This document shows positions 1 to 9,998 of a stretch of 64,000 nt of DNA, in pieces. Under the pieces are notes generated by a model. That model did not search any database. It saw only the letters and a list, made by a program, of their open reading frames with translations, and was not told the origin of the DNA. The stretch is taken from positions 124,324 to 188,323 of IMG/VR virus record IMGVR_UViG_3300046804_003518. The stretch is one strand, 5' to 3'. This stretch comes from a virus. Position 1 is the first letter of the stretch. Each line of letters begins with the position of its first letter. A program made the position numbers and the translations under genes.

Positions 1-19
1 GCTCGATACAACCCAAACA

Positions 20-2053
20 ATGTATGAAGAGAAAGAAAAGCATGTGGTGTTTGCTTTTGGTAGAATGAACCCACCAACTGTTGGCCACGAAAAGCTAGTT
101 GATGCTATTAAGGCACATGCTGAGAAGGTTGGTGGCGAAGCCCATATCTACCTATCCAAGTCTCACGACAAAAAGAAGAATCCACTAGATTACGAAACAA
201 AGCATGCATTTGCCAAGAAGGCATTTGGTGATGTTGTAAAGCATACGCCAGAAGGCCACTCTAGTATTTTTGGTATTCTTCAGCATCTTCATAACCAAGG
301 GTTCACCCACGCAACTTTAATTGCTGGTGATGATAGAGTAGAAGATTATAGAAGAATTGCTAACACCTATAATGGTCCAGGAAAGGATTTCAACTTCAAG
401 AAGATTGAAGTTAAGTCAGCTGGCGCCAGAGATCCAGATGCAGAAGGTGTAGAGGGAATGTCAGCCTCTAAGATGAGATCATTGGCATCTGCTGGTAAGC
501 ATAAGGAATTTAAAGAAGGTCTACCAAAGAATCTTCAGAAGCACCATAAAGAAGTAATGAATACATTACGCACTGCTCTCCATGAAGAAGTATCACCAGA
601 AGACTTGATGGAAGTAGTGAGCGTACAATCAAGAATTAAGAAAGCTGCTAAAGCAAGATCAATGAAAAGTCGTCTTGCATTTGGTAGAAAGAGAGCACTA
701 AGAAGAAAGGCATCAAAGTCTGTCTTGCAAAGAAGAGCTCAAAGAGTAGCTCGTAAGTTTATGAGAGCAAGAATACTAAGAGGCCAAAAATATTCTAGCC
801 TATCATACGGTGCAAGAGTAGCTCTGGACAAAAGACTAAAGCTAAAATCAAAGTCAGTAAATAGATTAGCTCAAAAACTTCTACCAAGAATATCATCAGC
901 TGAGCAAAGAAGAAAGCTAGGAGCTGGCTTTAAGGCACCAAGAGGTCTAGGGGCAGCAGCAGGTGTACCAGGTATCAGAGAGGCTCTAGATTTAATTATT
1001 AGAGAGCAACCATTAGCAACAGCCATCATTCAATCTTTACAAAAGAAATCAAACGAGCATAGTATTCCGTACGAGGTACTAGAGACTGTATACTACCGTG
1101 GTCTTGCTGATTATGCAGCTGGCCACAGACCAACTCTAACTGCTCAGCAATGGGCATTCAATAGAGTTAATTCCTATATTCACGAAGGTCTAACATACCA
1201 CACAGCTGATAAAGATTTAGCTGAAGCCGCCATGGATGTTAAGAGAGCACAGAAAGCCGCCCTTCAACTACACAAGAAAGGCAAGAAGACTGTAGAGGAA
1301 GAAAAAGTTACTGGTACCAATTGTGCTAATTGTAAGTGGTGGTGTGAAGAAACAGAGAAGCCAGTTGGCAAAGATGAACTCAATGCAAATGGTGGCTTGA
1401 AGGCACCAAACAAAGAATACGTTGCAATGTCAAAGAGAGTTGATCTTGTTAGCCTACCAGGTGAAGCAACATCATCCATCAAGGCAATGTATGAGCACGA
1501 AGAAATCAACGATTGGGTTACCGAGAGAATGTGTTGCGCCAAGTGGGATGCAGTTGGAGTTGTAAGAGACTACAAGGGTGAGTCTCCTCTAATGGCAGAA
1601 GAAGGTGGCGCTGGTTTAATTGGCACACCACAACTAACGGATGTATATAAGAATGCAACTCCTGGCCAGGGCAAGAAGTTATCATTTAAGAACTTTGTTA
1701 AGGAAGCAATTGAAGCTCCTTACGATCCACACCGAAGCAATAAGCTGGACATTATGCAAGCTGAGCAGATTAGAAAGGCAAGAGCACCATCATGGGATAT
1801 GATTCAAGGTCATCACCTATCAAAGAAGTTTGTGGGTAAGGACTATCTTGATATTGAGATGTTTACAAAAGAAGTAAATAAGCTAGCTGTAAAGATGGAT
1901 CACTTTCCAGAGATAAGCAATTTTTATAACGAAGCGACTGTCAAGCTAACCACAGTTGATGTTGAAGGGTTAACAGGGATTGATTTTGAAATGGCAGCAG
2001 AGATTGATACAATTGCTAGCATGATGGGGCTGGAGGGAAGCGTCGATGAATAA
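20..2053 (+). CDS. Multidomain protein: N-terminal cytidyltransferase-family (HxGH) nucleotidyltransferase, basic middle region, C-terminal pterin-4a-carbinolamine dehydratase-like domain
   Basis: N-terminal VVFAFGRMNPPTVGHEKL (HxGH-type motif, typical of T4-like phage cytidyltransferases); C-terminal DHFPEISNFYNEATVKLTTVDVEGLTGIDFEMAAEID resembles PCD/DCoH. Confidence 0.75.
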   Translation: MYEEKEKHVVFAFGRMNPPTVGHEKLVDAIKAHAEKVGGEAHIYLSKSHDKKKNPLDYETKHAFAKKAFGDVVKHTPEGHSSIFGILQHLHNQGFTHATLIAGDDRVEDYRRIANTYNGPGKDFNFKKIEVKSAGARDPDAEGVEGMSASKMRSLASAGKHKEFKEGLPKNLQKHHKEVMNTLRTALHEEVSPEDLMEVVSVQSRIKKAAKARSMKSRLAFGRKRALRRKASKSVLQRRAQRVARKFMRARILRGQKYSSLSYGARVALDKRLKLKSKSVNRLAQKLLPRISSAEQRRKLGAGFKAPRGLGAAAGVPGIREALDLIIREQPLATAIIQSLQKKSNEHSIPYEVLETVYYRGLADYAAGHRPTLTAQQWAFNRVNSYIHEGLTYHTADKDLAEAAMDVKRAQKAALQLHKKGKKTVEEEKVTGTNCANCKWWCEETEKPVGKDELNANGGLKAPNKEYVAMSKRVDLVSLPGEATSSIKAMYEHEEINDWVTERMCCAKWDAVGVVRDYKGESPLMAEEGGAGLIGTPQLTDVYKNATPGQGKKLSFKNFVKEAIEAPYDPHRSNKLDIMQAEQIRKARAPSWDMIQGHHLSKKFVGKDYLDIEMFTKEVNKLAVKMDHFPEISNFYNEATVKLTTVDVEGLTGIDFEMAAEIDTIASMMGLEGSVDE

Positions 2054-2804
2054 AATAAACGAAATTAGTACTAAGCCACCAAGTGCTGCCAAGAAGTTTA
2101 AGTACTTCTTGAAGACTCCTCGTCAGATTCCAGGCCCACCAGGTGGCCATCCTGTTCCTCCAGGATATGAAAGAGTCCACGATGTAATAAGTGGTGGACA
2201 TGTTTTAAGAAAGAAGCGAGATATAAGCGAGAAGGTAGGATTGGGTACAGCATTTGGCGCGGGCCTAGGTGCTGGTGTAGGAGCAGCAATGGGTGCTCCA
2301 TTGGTTGGTGCAGCAGCTGGTGCATTTGCAGCTCATAAGATTGGTCAGAAGTTAAAGAAGACTTTTGGTGCCAAGCCAACATCTCAGAAGGTAGGCCAGA
2401 AGGCCAGACCAGTTACACAGCCTCGTGGAGGATTGAGAGAAATGAAAACATTCAAAGACTTTGCTGACGAGATTGACTTTGGATTTACCGAAGAGGAATT
2501 TGAAGTCACTGGTGAAGAGGTCTATGAGGACTGGAATGAGGTTGAGGAATTAGAGGAAGCTGAAAAGGGTGGCCGTAAGGTTAAGCTTGGCAAGCCATTC
2601 CTAACACCAGGTGGTCCAAAGAAGAGATCGGTTTATGTTAAGCATCCATCAACTGGTAATGTTGTCAAGGTAAACTTTGGTGACCCTAACATGAGAATTA
2701 AGAAGAGTGATCCAGAAAGAAGAAGATCATTCAGAGCAAGACACAATTGTGAGAACCCTGGCCCAAGACATAAGGCAAGATACTGGTCTTGCAAGGCGTG
2801 GTAA
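2046..2804 (+). CDS. Hypothetical virion/internal-head-like protein with conserved basic C-terminal domain
   Basis: C-terminal KRSVYVK...NVVKVNFGDPNM...RRRSFRARHNC...ARYWSCKAW is a recurrent phage domain; internal MKTFKDFADE at 2442 resembles the T4 capsid-targeting sequence. Confidence 0.55.
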   Translation: MNKINEISTKPPSAAKKFKYFLKTPRQIPGPPGGHPVPPGYERVHDVISGGHVLRKKRDISEKVGLGTAFGAGLGAGVGAAMGAPLVGAAAGAFAAHKIGQKLKKTFGAKPTSQKVGQKARPVTQPRGGLREMKTFKDFADEIDFGFTEEEFEVTGEEVYEDWNEVEELEEAEKGGRKVKLGKPFLTPGGPKKRSVYVKHPSTGNVVKVNFGDPNMRIKKSDPERRRSFRARHNCENPGPRHKARYWSCKAW

Positions 2805-2805
2805 G

Positions 2806-3222
2806 ATGTTAAGGTTTAAGCAACTTATTCTTGAAGACCTAGCCCACGAACAGATGGTCCAAGGCCACGTTGATGACTTCATGGGTCACGCAAAAGAACA
2901 TTTGGGACTACAAGAACTACCTAGAGTAGAGCTTGTAAACAATAAAAGAGTTGCTCAAGAGAATGCTAGCTTTGGTGGATATTATCCAGCAGAGAAGACA
3001 ATTAGAGTAAACATTGCTGGTAGACATCCAGTTGATATTCTAAGAACTCTAGCGCATGAGATGGTTCATTATAGACAGGACCTAAACGGAGAGCTAGAAG
3101 ATGTAGCAATGGCTGGTGAGACTGGTAGCACATGTGAGAATGAGGCTAATAGTGAAGCTGGTATTATGATGAGAAACTACGGAAGGGCTAAGCCATCAAT
3201 CTATGAGAGTTACAGAAAATAA
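2806..3222 (+). CDS. HExxH metallopeptidase-like protein
   Basis: RTLAHEMVHYRQ ... ENEAN zinc motif; start moved to ATG 2806 just after the upstream stop. Confidence 0.6.
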   Translation: MLRFKQLILEDLAHEQMVQGHVDDFMGHAKEHLGLQELPRVELVNNKRVAQENASFGGYYPAEKTIRVNIAGRHPVDILRTLAHEMVHYRQDLNGELEDVAMAGETGSTCENEANSEAGIMMRNYGRAKPSIYESYRK

Positions 3223-3826
3223 GTTTAGTAGATATCTAGGGCTTGCTCTAGGCCTACACGAAGATGATTACTATAACCTATCAATGGATTTTTTTGATAG
3301 AGATGGGTTTGAGTTGAATGAATTGGAGCAAGCATTATATAGACGCAATATGATTAATATTGGCGAGCAGCATTTAAACCATACTGCAAACCATGTTAGT
3401 TGGATAGAGCATGATACAAATGATGATCCAAGAATTATGATAGATCATAGTTGCCTACAACAGCGACATGATTATGTTGGCGAAGGTAGAGAATTATTAC
3501 AAATAGCTTCTAATTATAGACCTGAACTAAAGAAGCTATTGGCAATAGTTCCCAAATGGGGAATAGATTTTAATGTGGATTACGTTGGTGAGACTGTTAT
3601 GGAGCTATTCCATATAGAGGTTGATAGACGTAATTACGAAGAGATTTTGGATCAAAAGTACCTAGCTGAAAGGCTAATACTTAGGACTGACTGGGTAAAT
3701 GTTGCCAACATCTTCCATAAAAAGAGGGATCAGTGGGAACATTTATCAGCAGATGATCAGATTGAATGGAAAGTTAACTACCTAGGATGGCCTAGGGTAT
3801 ATGACACTAGAAAAGTGTTCATATAA
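3203..3826 (+). CDS. Hypothetical protein
   Basis: 207-aa ORF tiling with neighbours. Confidence 0.55.
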   Translation: MRVTENKFSRYLGLALGLHEDDYYNLSMDFFDRDGFELNELEQALYRRNMINIGEQHLNHTANHVSWIEHDTNDDPRIMIDHSCLQQRHDYVGEGRELLQIASNYRPELKKLLAIVPKWGIDFNVDYVGETVMELFHIEVDRRNYEEILDQKYLAERLILRTDWVNVANIFHKKRDQWEHLSADDQIEWKVNYLGWPRVYDTRKVFI

Positions 3827-3829
3827 ATA
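3822..3829 (+). promoter_or_regulatory. T4-type late promoter
   Basis: TATAAATA, 25 nt upstream of ORF 3854 (SD GGAG). Confidence 0.7.
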
Positions 3830-3853
3830 TTTTGAATAGATTTGGAGTAATCC

Positions 3854-4912
3854 ATGACAGATAAAGAGATTTTTGAGGAAGTTAAGCAACGTTTCACAGA
3901 TCCAAAAGTAATGGATCTGTTACGCAATGGCTTAGCAACTCCTGAAGAAATGGAATTGATGAAAAGAGCAATACGTTATGGTGATGCTTCAATGAACATT
4001 CCATCTCTCAGAGATGCGCTTTACAAGTTATTCGACCGTTTGTTGAATGTTGTAAAGGATGATAGTACAACAAGACAAATGGTTAAACAAGATTTAAGAA
4101 AACTACAAAAGGGAGACTCAGACATGAGCGAAGATCTAAACACAGCTAACGTAGCCAAGGCAGTTAAGCACGATTGTGCCAAACATGTTGTCCACGAGAC
4201 ATGGGGCAAGGGCCAATGCATTCCTGAAGAACACACTCTTCTAGATGATGGCACAGTAACCCACTATGATGTTATGTTTGATCATGGCATCGAGCAAGAC
4301 GTGCCAGTAGAAGATCTAACAATTGTCGTATCTGAGTCCCACATGCACGCTTCTAAAAAGAAGAAGCCAATGATGGAAACAGCTGCAAGCGATTCCCTAA
4401 AGGGCGAAGGTTCAGCTCCTCCTAAGCTAGCGGATGTTACACCACAACAAGGTGGCGGCGAAGATACATCTAAGGCTTCTAAGAAGGGTAAGCCAGAAAT
4501 GCCAATGGAGAAGCTAAAGGCAATTATGGAAAAGAAGAAGTCCAAGGCCTACCTAGCAATGTTAAAGTCACAAGGCAAGATGGAAGAAGAGACAGAGATT
4601 GAAGAGAAGACTCTAACAAAGGCAGAAATGAAGAAGCGCGAAGAAGTTGCTAAGGCAATCGAGCGTGATCAGCCAGGTATGCCAATGGGCAAGAAGATGG
4701 CAATTGCCACAGCGACAGCCAAGAAAGTTGCTGAAGCAAAGGCACATACAGTTCCAAAGACACCAAAGGAAAAGAGCCTAGCAGCTCTAGCTCCTCCACA
4801 CGATAAGATCACTCATGCCGATGTTATGGTTGGTCGCGGTGTAGGTAAGAAGAAGACAATGAAAGAGTTTGTTGAGCAACTAGCAGAGTCTCTATCACCA
4901 AAGGCAGAGTAA
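3854..4912 (+). CDS. Hypothetical K/E-rich virion/internal-head-like protein
   Basis: Late promoter; conserved HDCAKHVVHETWGKGQCI..H..YDVMF block; many (hydrophobic)-x-E motifs. Confidence 0.55.
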   Translation: MTDKEIFEEVKQRFTDPKVMDLLRNGLATPEEMELMKRAIRYGDASMNIPSLRDALYKLFDRLLNVVKDDSTTRQMVKQDLRKLQKGDSDMSEDLNTANVAKAVKHDCAKHVVHETWGKGQCIPEEHTLLDDGTVTHYDVMFDHGIEQDVPVEDLTIVVSESHMHASKKKKPMMETAASDSLKGEGSAPPKLADVTPQQGGGEDTSKASKKGKPEMPMEKLKAIMEKKKSKAYLAMLKSQGKMEEETEIEEKTLTKAEMKKREEVAKAIERDQPGMPMGKKMAIATATAKKVAEAKAHTVPKTPKEKSLAALAPPHDKITHADVMVGRGVGKKKTMKEFVEQLAESLSPKAE

Positions 4913-4913
4913 T

Positions 4914-6368
4914 ATGAAAAAGTTCTCAGAAGCAGTTCTTGCGCCAAATAAACATATGGCCAAAAAGGCTAGCCCTTACCACCCTCACAGTCAGGGTTTA
5001 GTCTACACTCCTAAGGGTAAAGAAGAGGTTAGACCTATTGACACAGCTGATGCTGGGTATGGTGGCGAAACTGTTGCTGATGCTGAAGGGGGTGACGCTA
5101 ATCCAGGTATTGCTTCTAAGAAAGCAGTATCTCCTATGCCAATGCAAACATTGGTTAAGCCTGGTTTAGATAAGGCTAAGAAAGCCAAAACAAATGAAGA
5201 GACAGAGCGCGAAAGACTAATCAAGCTAAGATCATTTGCCGCTAAGAACCGTGTAGCCGGACTAGGCAAGGCAATGGTTGAAGAAGAACAGATTGATGAA
5301 CTAAAGAAGTCAACTCTTGCCTCATATGCTAAGAAAGCAACAGACGATGTTAGCTACCACTCATTTATGGCCGGTACAATGTCATCCAAAGATCCAGAGC
5401 GTCTAACTCAAGACAAAAAGGCAATGAAGAGACAAGCTGGTGTTATTAAAGCTGTTAATAAATTAGCTAAAGAAGAAGCTGAAGTTGTTGGAGAGGCTAC
5501 TGGTGTAACTAATTACAATCCAAAAAGCCAAGGTGGCACAAGAGCTGAGCTACTAGCTAAGCTAGCAAAATCAAAGAACCCAGGACATGCTACAGCAGCA
5601 AGAAAGGCTGGCGCTACTCAGAGCGAACTTAAAGCTGCCATGATGAAAGAGGAAAACGATGGTACCGAGGCTGACCAAGGCGAGTACGGATACGAAGGTG
5701 ACATGGCAATGTCACAGTTAAAGTCTATTATCCGCAATGCCCAATCTCTTCACGATCATATGGAACCACAAACGGATCTTCCTGAGTGGCTTCAAGCAAA
5801 GATAACATTGGCCTCTGATTATATTCAGACAGCAGCTGATTACTGGAAGTCTGAAAAGGAAGAAGTCAGTGAAGGTAAGATGAAAGACATTGCCACAGAT
5901 AAAGCTGAAAACGAAAGACTAGCTGCCCAAGATGTTCTTGGGGGTCCAGTCAGAAAGAAACCAGAAGGTCCAAAAGGTAAGCTGCCGCTTGGTTTTAGAT
6001 TAGCACGATCAGCTGCTAAGAAGGCAATGAAGTCTGTGTCTGAAGAACAGATTGATGAGCTAATGGGTCCAGATCTAAGATCCCAACAAGCCAAAGAAAA
6101 CGATGCTCATTTTAAGAAGCAGCCACCACGTATGCAGACAGCTATCAGATATCATTTGAAGAATAGAAAATCCTATAAGGATGCTGTCTCGGCTGCAGAA
6201 AAAGATGTAGCAACAATGCACGAAGAAGTTTGGGATAAGCCAATGCCAGATTCTAAGAAGCAGGGTTCTCTTTCACCAGAACAAAAAGCAAAAGCTAAGG
6301 CAAGAGCTGAAAGAGCCGGTAGAAGCTATCCAAACATGATTGATAATATGTGGGCTTCCAAACAATAA
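4914..6368 (+). CDS. Hypothetical K/E/A-rich virion/internal-head-like protein
   Basis: Contains EGDMAMSQLKSII...LPEWLQAKITLASDYI block recurrent in T4-like phages; repeated xEE motifs. Confidence 0.55.
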   Translation: MKKFSEAVLAPNKHMAKKASPYHPHSQGLVYTPKGKEEVRPIDTADAGYGGETVADAEGGDANPGIASKKAVSPMPMQTLVKPGLDKAKKAKTNEETERERLIKLRSFAAKNRVAGLGKAMVEEEQIDELKKSTLASYAKKATDDVSYHSFMAGTMSSKDPERLTQDKKAMKRQAGVIKAVNKLAKEEAEVVGEATGVTNYNPKSQGGTRAELLAKLAKSKNPGHATAARKAGATQSELKAAMMKEENDGTEADQGEYGYEGDMAMSQLKSIIRNAQSLHDHMEPQTDLPEWLQAKITLASDYIQTAADYWKSEKEEVSEGKMKDIATDKAENERLAAQDVLGGPVRKKPEGPKGKLPLGFRLARSAAKKAMKSVSEEQIDELMGPDLRSQQAKENDAHFKKQPPRMQTAIRYHLKNRKSYKDAVSAAEKDVATMHEEVWDKPMPDSKKQGSLSPEQKAKAKARAERAGRSYPNMIDNMWASKQ

Positions 6369-6385
6369 GGTCAATAAATAGTTAC

Positions 6386-6640
6386 ATGGGTATTGTAGCA
6401 GGAAAATTTATAACTGGTTCAGCTGTGGTTTATGAAAAGCCAGTAGCTGAAGTGCCTAGGATACCAGCTCGCAACGCGATAGCAATTAGGTCATTAGCTG
6501 AGCTGAGAACTTCCAATAAAGTGGAAGTTAAAGAAGATGCAGAGGGTAATAGAGAAATTGTACCAGTTGATAAAAGACTTTCGAGCTACTTTTTAGTAAA
6601 TAAAGAATCTGATTATCTAGATCATAACAAGAAAACTTAA
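6386..6640 (+). CDS. Hypothetical protein
   Basis: ATG 6386 follows ATAAATA late-promoter-like site; fills the gap between two genes. Confidence 0.45.
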   Translation: MGIVAGKFITGSAVVYEKPVAEVPRIPARNAIAIRSLAELRTSNKVEVKEDAEGNREIVPVDKRLSSYFLVNKESDYLDHNKKT

Positions 6641-6654
6641 CAGGAGATAGAGAT

Positions 6655-7221
6655 ATGGCACTTTGGGGAAAAACAGACGCAGCAGCAAGCGCACCAAAAT
6701 TTACGGGCTTGGCCTCAAATGGTGCCATTGCTAACACACTTTTTGGTGGAGCAAAGACAGGTGTATTTGGTGTAGACGCAGCAGAATCACAATATGCTCG
6801 CGCAACAACAAAGAAGCCAGTTGCACAGGGTTGGGTTCTACAGCAATACGGTACTGGTCCAGTACTAACAATTGCAAAGAACAACGGTGGTTCAAGCTAT
6901 GTTAACACACAGGTAGTTACACTATCAAATGGTGTGGTTAATGCAACAGCTACAATCACAACAAACTCAACTGGTGGTGTTACAGCTCTAACATTAACAA
7001 ATGCTGGCTCAGGTTTTGCTAATGCATCACACATCGTGATTCAAGTTGCAAATACAACTGCTCCATCAAACTCAACAAACGGTAACACATCACTAGGTAC
7101 AGGTCTAACATTGACCCTAACTTTTGGTGGTCGTGCAGGTCGTGTTAATAGAGAAACACTAGTTGCTATGACAGCATATCCAAATAACGATGCATCGGAT
7201 GATACACAGTTCCCAGAATAA
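6655..7221 (+). CDS. Putative virion structural protein (T/N/G-rich, beta-rich)
   Basis: MALWG start, VAQGWV and GRVNRETLVAM motifs typical of a conserved T4-like structural protein; strong SD AGGAG. Confidence 0.55.
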   Translation: MALWGKTDAAASAPKFTGLASNGAIANTLFGGAKTGVFGVDAAESQYARATTKKPVAQGWVLQQYGTGPVLTIAKNNGGSSYVNTQVVTLSNGVVNATATITTNSTGGVTALTLTNAGSGFANASHIVIQVANTTAPSNSTNGNTSLGTGLTLTLTFGGRAGRVNRETLVAMTAYPNNDASDDTQFPE

Positions 7222-7239
7222 TAGGACTGCATTTTATTA

Positions 7240-7647
7240 ATGAATAATGAGAAATTGACTGAAGAAAACTTTTTGTTATTTGCAGCAAGACATTATGATA
7301 ATCCATCATGTATAGACGTGACGGAGTTTGAGGATGATCTTAATACACTAAAGTATATTAAGAGGCTGCTAACAAGGTACCAAGAATCAGGTGAGTTGAA
7401 GGAGAGATTAATCCTCAACCACCTGAACTTGTTAAACAATTTATTTGGCCCTGAAGCAACAGTGAAGATGTGTTTACTAAAGATGCAGGGTCAGTGGCAT
7501 GTCCTAAAGCCATTTTTGGTTTACTTAGGATACATGCCAGATGTTGTCTATAATGTGGGTGAGGACCAAGTCATTAGAAATAGTGATATTCCGCTTGATA
7601 CAAATGTTGTAAAGAAACTAAGAGAGTTCCATGAAGGATCTAGTTGA
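7240..7647 (+). CDS. Conserved T4-like hypothetical protein
   Basis: LTEENFLLFAARHYDNP...EFEDDL...YIKRLL..Y..SGELKERLILNH pattern. Confidence 0.7.
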   Translation: MNNEKLTEENFLLFAARHYDNPSCIDVTEFEDDLNTLKYIKRLLTRYQESGELKERLILNHLNLLNNLFGPEATVKMCLLKMQGQWHVLKPFLVYLGYMPDVVYNVGEDQVIRNSDIPLDTNVVKKLREFHEGSS

Positions 7648-8161
7648 TTTAGCGATCACATACAAGTTCTTGAAGAACCTTGTCACTCCTTTTGATAGGT
7701 GGCCAGCATATAAGCTTGGGCTAATAGACAAGGATGGCAACATCATCAAACAAAGAAGAGAGAGACTAAAGCAAGAAGAAAAAGATGCTCTAGGCTACTT
7801 TGATGTTGTTACTCTCAATCTAAGAAAACTATTAGGTAAGCTACCAGGCGGTAAGTCTGCTATTGCAACATACGCAGCTGCTTACCTTTTGATGAAAGAG
7901 TATCCAAAGAAGAATTTAAAAGAAGGGTTTGAACCTTCAGAACAACAAGTCGCCTTTATGCTACAAGAAGCCATAAAGGAGATTGAAGAGATGGAAGGAA
8001 TGCCAACTAATAATACAGGTGGTATTGCTGGCCTAAAACCAGATTCAGTTGGTGTACCAAAGAAGGCAATGATTAGATATAAAAAGTCTAATCAAAAGCT
8101 AGCACCATCGAGAATAGGTAAGAGATTTATTAACATAGTAACCGAAGAGGAAAAACAATGA
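7631..8161 (+). CDS. Conserved T4-like hypothetical protein
   Basis: TYKFLKNLVTPF..WPAYKLGLIDKDGN pattern, habitual partner of the upstream gene. Confidence 0.65.
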   Translation: MKDLVDLAITYKFLKNLVTPFDRWPAYKLGLIDKDGNIIKQRRERLKQEEKDALGYFDVVTLNLRKLLGKLPGGKSAIATYAAAYLLMKEYPKKNLKEGFEPSEQQVAFMLQEAIKEIEEMEGMPTNNTGGIAGLKPDSVGVPKKAMIRYKKSNQKLAPSRIGKRFINIVTEEEKQ

Positions 8162-8421
8162 AAGCTGTATTAGTAGCACTTTCATTATTATTGGTTGCTG
8201 GTTGTGGCGATCATTATAGATACCCTTGCCAAGATCCAGCAAATTGGAAAAAGAAAGAATGTAACCGTCCTCTATGTGAAGCTGACGGTATGTGCTGGGA
8301 TAAACTATCTGGGGTGGATCCAAAAGAGTTAGAAAATAAGCCAGCAGAGGAACAATCTGCTGCGGACGTAACAGAACCTGCACATGATGCAGCTACACAT
8401 GAAGAGCATACTGGAGAATAA
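8158..8421 (+). CDS. Putative lipoprotein, Cys-rich
   Basis: Lipobox LVAG-C; CGDHYRYPCQDPANW..KEC..PLCEADGMC. Confidence 0.65.
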   Translation: MKAVLVALSLLLVAGCGDHYRYPCQDPANWKKKECNRPLCEADGMCWDKLSGVDPKELENKPAEEQSAADVTEPAHDAATHEEHTGE

Positions 8422-8423
8422 TT

Positions 8424-8735
8424 ATGTTTAATGGTCAAAAATATACAAGCGATGAGTTGATGACACGCCTAAAGGTATTTGTTGGCGCAATGCTAGCAAT
8501 CACTTTAACAGGTATTGTCTTTGTTGTTCTTTATTCATTGATCTTTGTCACACAGCCAATGCAGCAGTCACCAAATGATGCAAAGTTCTTTGAATTGATT
8601 ACACCAATTGCAACTTTCTTAACTGGTATTCTATCAGGCATTATGCTTGGCAAGAATGAAGAAAAGAAAGAAGAGCCACCACAAGCACCACCAGCCCCTG
8701 AAGCACCAGCTGAGCCAGAAGATCATATTGCCTGA
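8424..8735 (+). CDS. Small membrane protein (2 TM), holin-like candidate
   Basis: Two hydrophobic helices, charged/Pro-rich C-tail, directly upstream of the endolysin. Confidence 0.55.
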   Translation: MFNGQKYTSDELMTRLKVFVGAMLAITLTGIVFVVLYSLIFVTQPMQQSPNDAKFFELITPIATFLTGILSGIMLGKNEEKKEEPPQAPPAPEAPAEPEDHIA

Positions 8736-8743
8736 GGTAGAAA

Positions 8744-9904
8744 ATGAGTATTGAAAATTTTTGTAAAAGGATTGGCGTAGCACCAGATCCTAAGTTTGGT
8801 ACAGAGACACTAAAAGCCGCAATGGCTTATTATAAGATGACGCCTGAAAGGGCCGCTCATTTCTTTGCCCAAACAAATCACGAGTCTGGTGGGTTTGCCA
8901 AGTTTACAGAAAACTTAAACTATGGTGCAAAAGGCCTACGCGGTATCTTTGGTAAGTATTTTCCAACAGACGCTATGGCTGTTGCATATGAGAGAAAGCC
9001 AGAAAAGATTGCTAACAAAGTCTATGCAAGCAGAATGGGCAATGGCCCAGAATCTTCTGGTGATGGTTGGAAGTATAGAGGCCGCGGTGCCCTCCAGCTA
9101 ACCGGTAAGGACAACTACCAAGCTCTAGCAACATATCTTGGCAAGCCAGAGATTATGTCAAACCCTGACTTAGTTGCTACAGATTACATCTTTGAATCAG
9201 CTATTTGGTTCTTTGATAAGAATAAGCTATGGGCAATTTGCGATCAAGGTGTTACAGATGCTACTATTCTTTCTATCACAAAGAAGATTAACGGTGGTAC
9301 CCACGGTCTAGATGATAGATCAACAAAGACAAAGAAGTACTATAATCTTCTCAAGGGTACTTCTGTTGCTGTAACTCTAGCAGCAGCTCCAGCACCAGCT
9401 CCTAAGCCAGTATCAACTGGTGTAATTAAGCCTGGTAATCTATCAGAACATTTCTCTCTAAAGGAAATGACAAGATCAGAGACAGCCACAAGAAAGGGTA
9501 TTGATAATACCCCAAACCCAGAACATCTCCATAACCTAACCCTAGTATGTAAGAACATTCTAGAGCCTGTTAGAAATCATTTTGGTAAGCCAGTGCAAAT
9601 TAATTCTGCATATAGAGGTCCAAAACTAAATGCAGCTGTAGGCGGATCATCCAAGTCGCAACATTGCAATGGCGAGGCTGTAGACTTTGAGATTGATGGA
9701 TTACCAAACCCAGAATTAGCAAAATGGGTTACAGAGAATTGTGATTTTGACCAGGTCATCTTAGAATTTTATGACCCTAAAGAAGGTCCTAACAGCGGCT
9801 GGGTCCATGCTAGCTATTCATCCACTGGCAAGCAAAGAAGACAAATCCTTACTGCAGTGATGGAGAAAGGAAAAACAGTTTACAAGCCAGGGTTTGTAAT
9901 TTAA
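8744..9904 (+). CDS. Endolysin: GH19 glycoside hydrolase + peptidase M15-family domain
   Basis: GH19: AHFFAQTNHESGGF, YRGRGALQLTGKDNY, TKKINGG; Ala/Pro linker; M15: HFSLKEM...SAYR...SQHCNGEAVDF...GWVHASY. Confidence 0.88.
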   Translation: MSIENFCKRIGVAPDPKFGTETLKAAMAYYKMTPERAAHFFAQTNHESGGFAKFTENLNYGAKGLRGIFGKYFPTDAMAVAYERKPEKIANKVYASRMGNGPESSGDGWKYRGRGALQLTGKDNYQALATYLGKPEIMSNPDLVATDYIFESAIWFFDKNKLWAICDQGVTDATILSITKKINGGTHGLDDRSTKTKKYYNLLKGTSVAVTLAAAPAPAPKPVSTGVIKPGNLSEHFSLKEMTRSETATRKGIDNTPNPEHLHNLTLVCKNILEPVRNHFGKPVQINSAYRGPKLNAAVGGSSKSQHCNGEAVDFEIDGLPNPELAKWVTENCDFDQVILEFYDPKEGPNSGWVHASYSSTGKQRRQILTAVMEKGKTVYKPGFVI

Positions 9905-9908
9905 GGAT

Positions 9909-9916
9909 TATAAATA
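9909..9916 (+). promoter_or_regulatory. T4-type late promoter
   Basis: TATAAATA in the intergenic region upstream of ORF 9999. Confidence 0.65.
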
Positions 9917-9998
9917 AAAGTATAATTTATTTGCGTTACTTGCTGAAACTAAATTATGTTTTTGGTAATGTTAAACATAACAGCTTTCAGGAGTAAAC

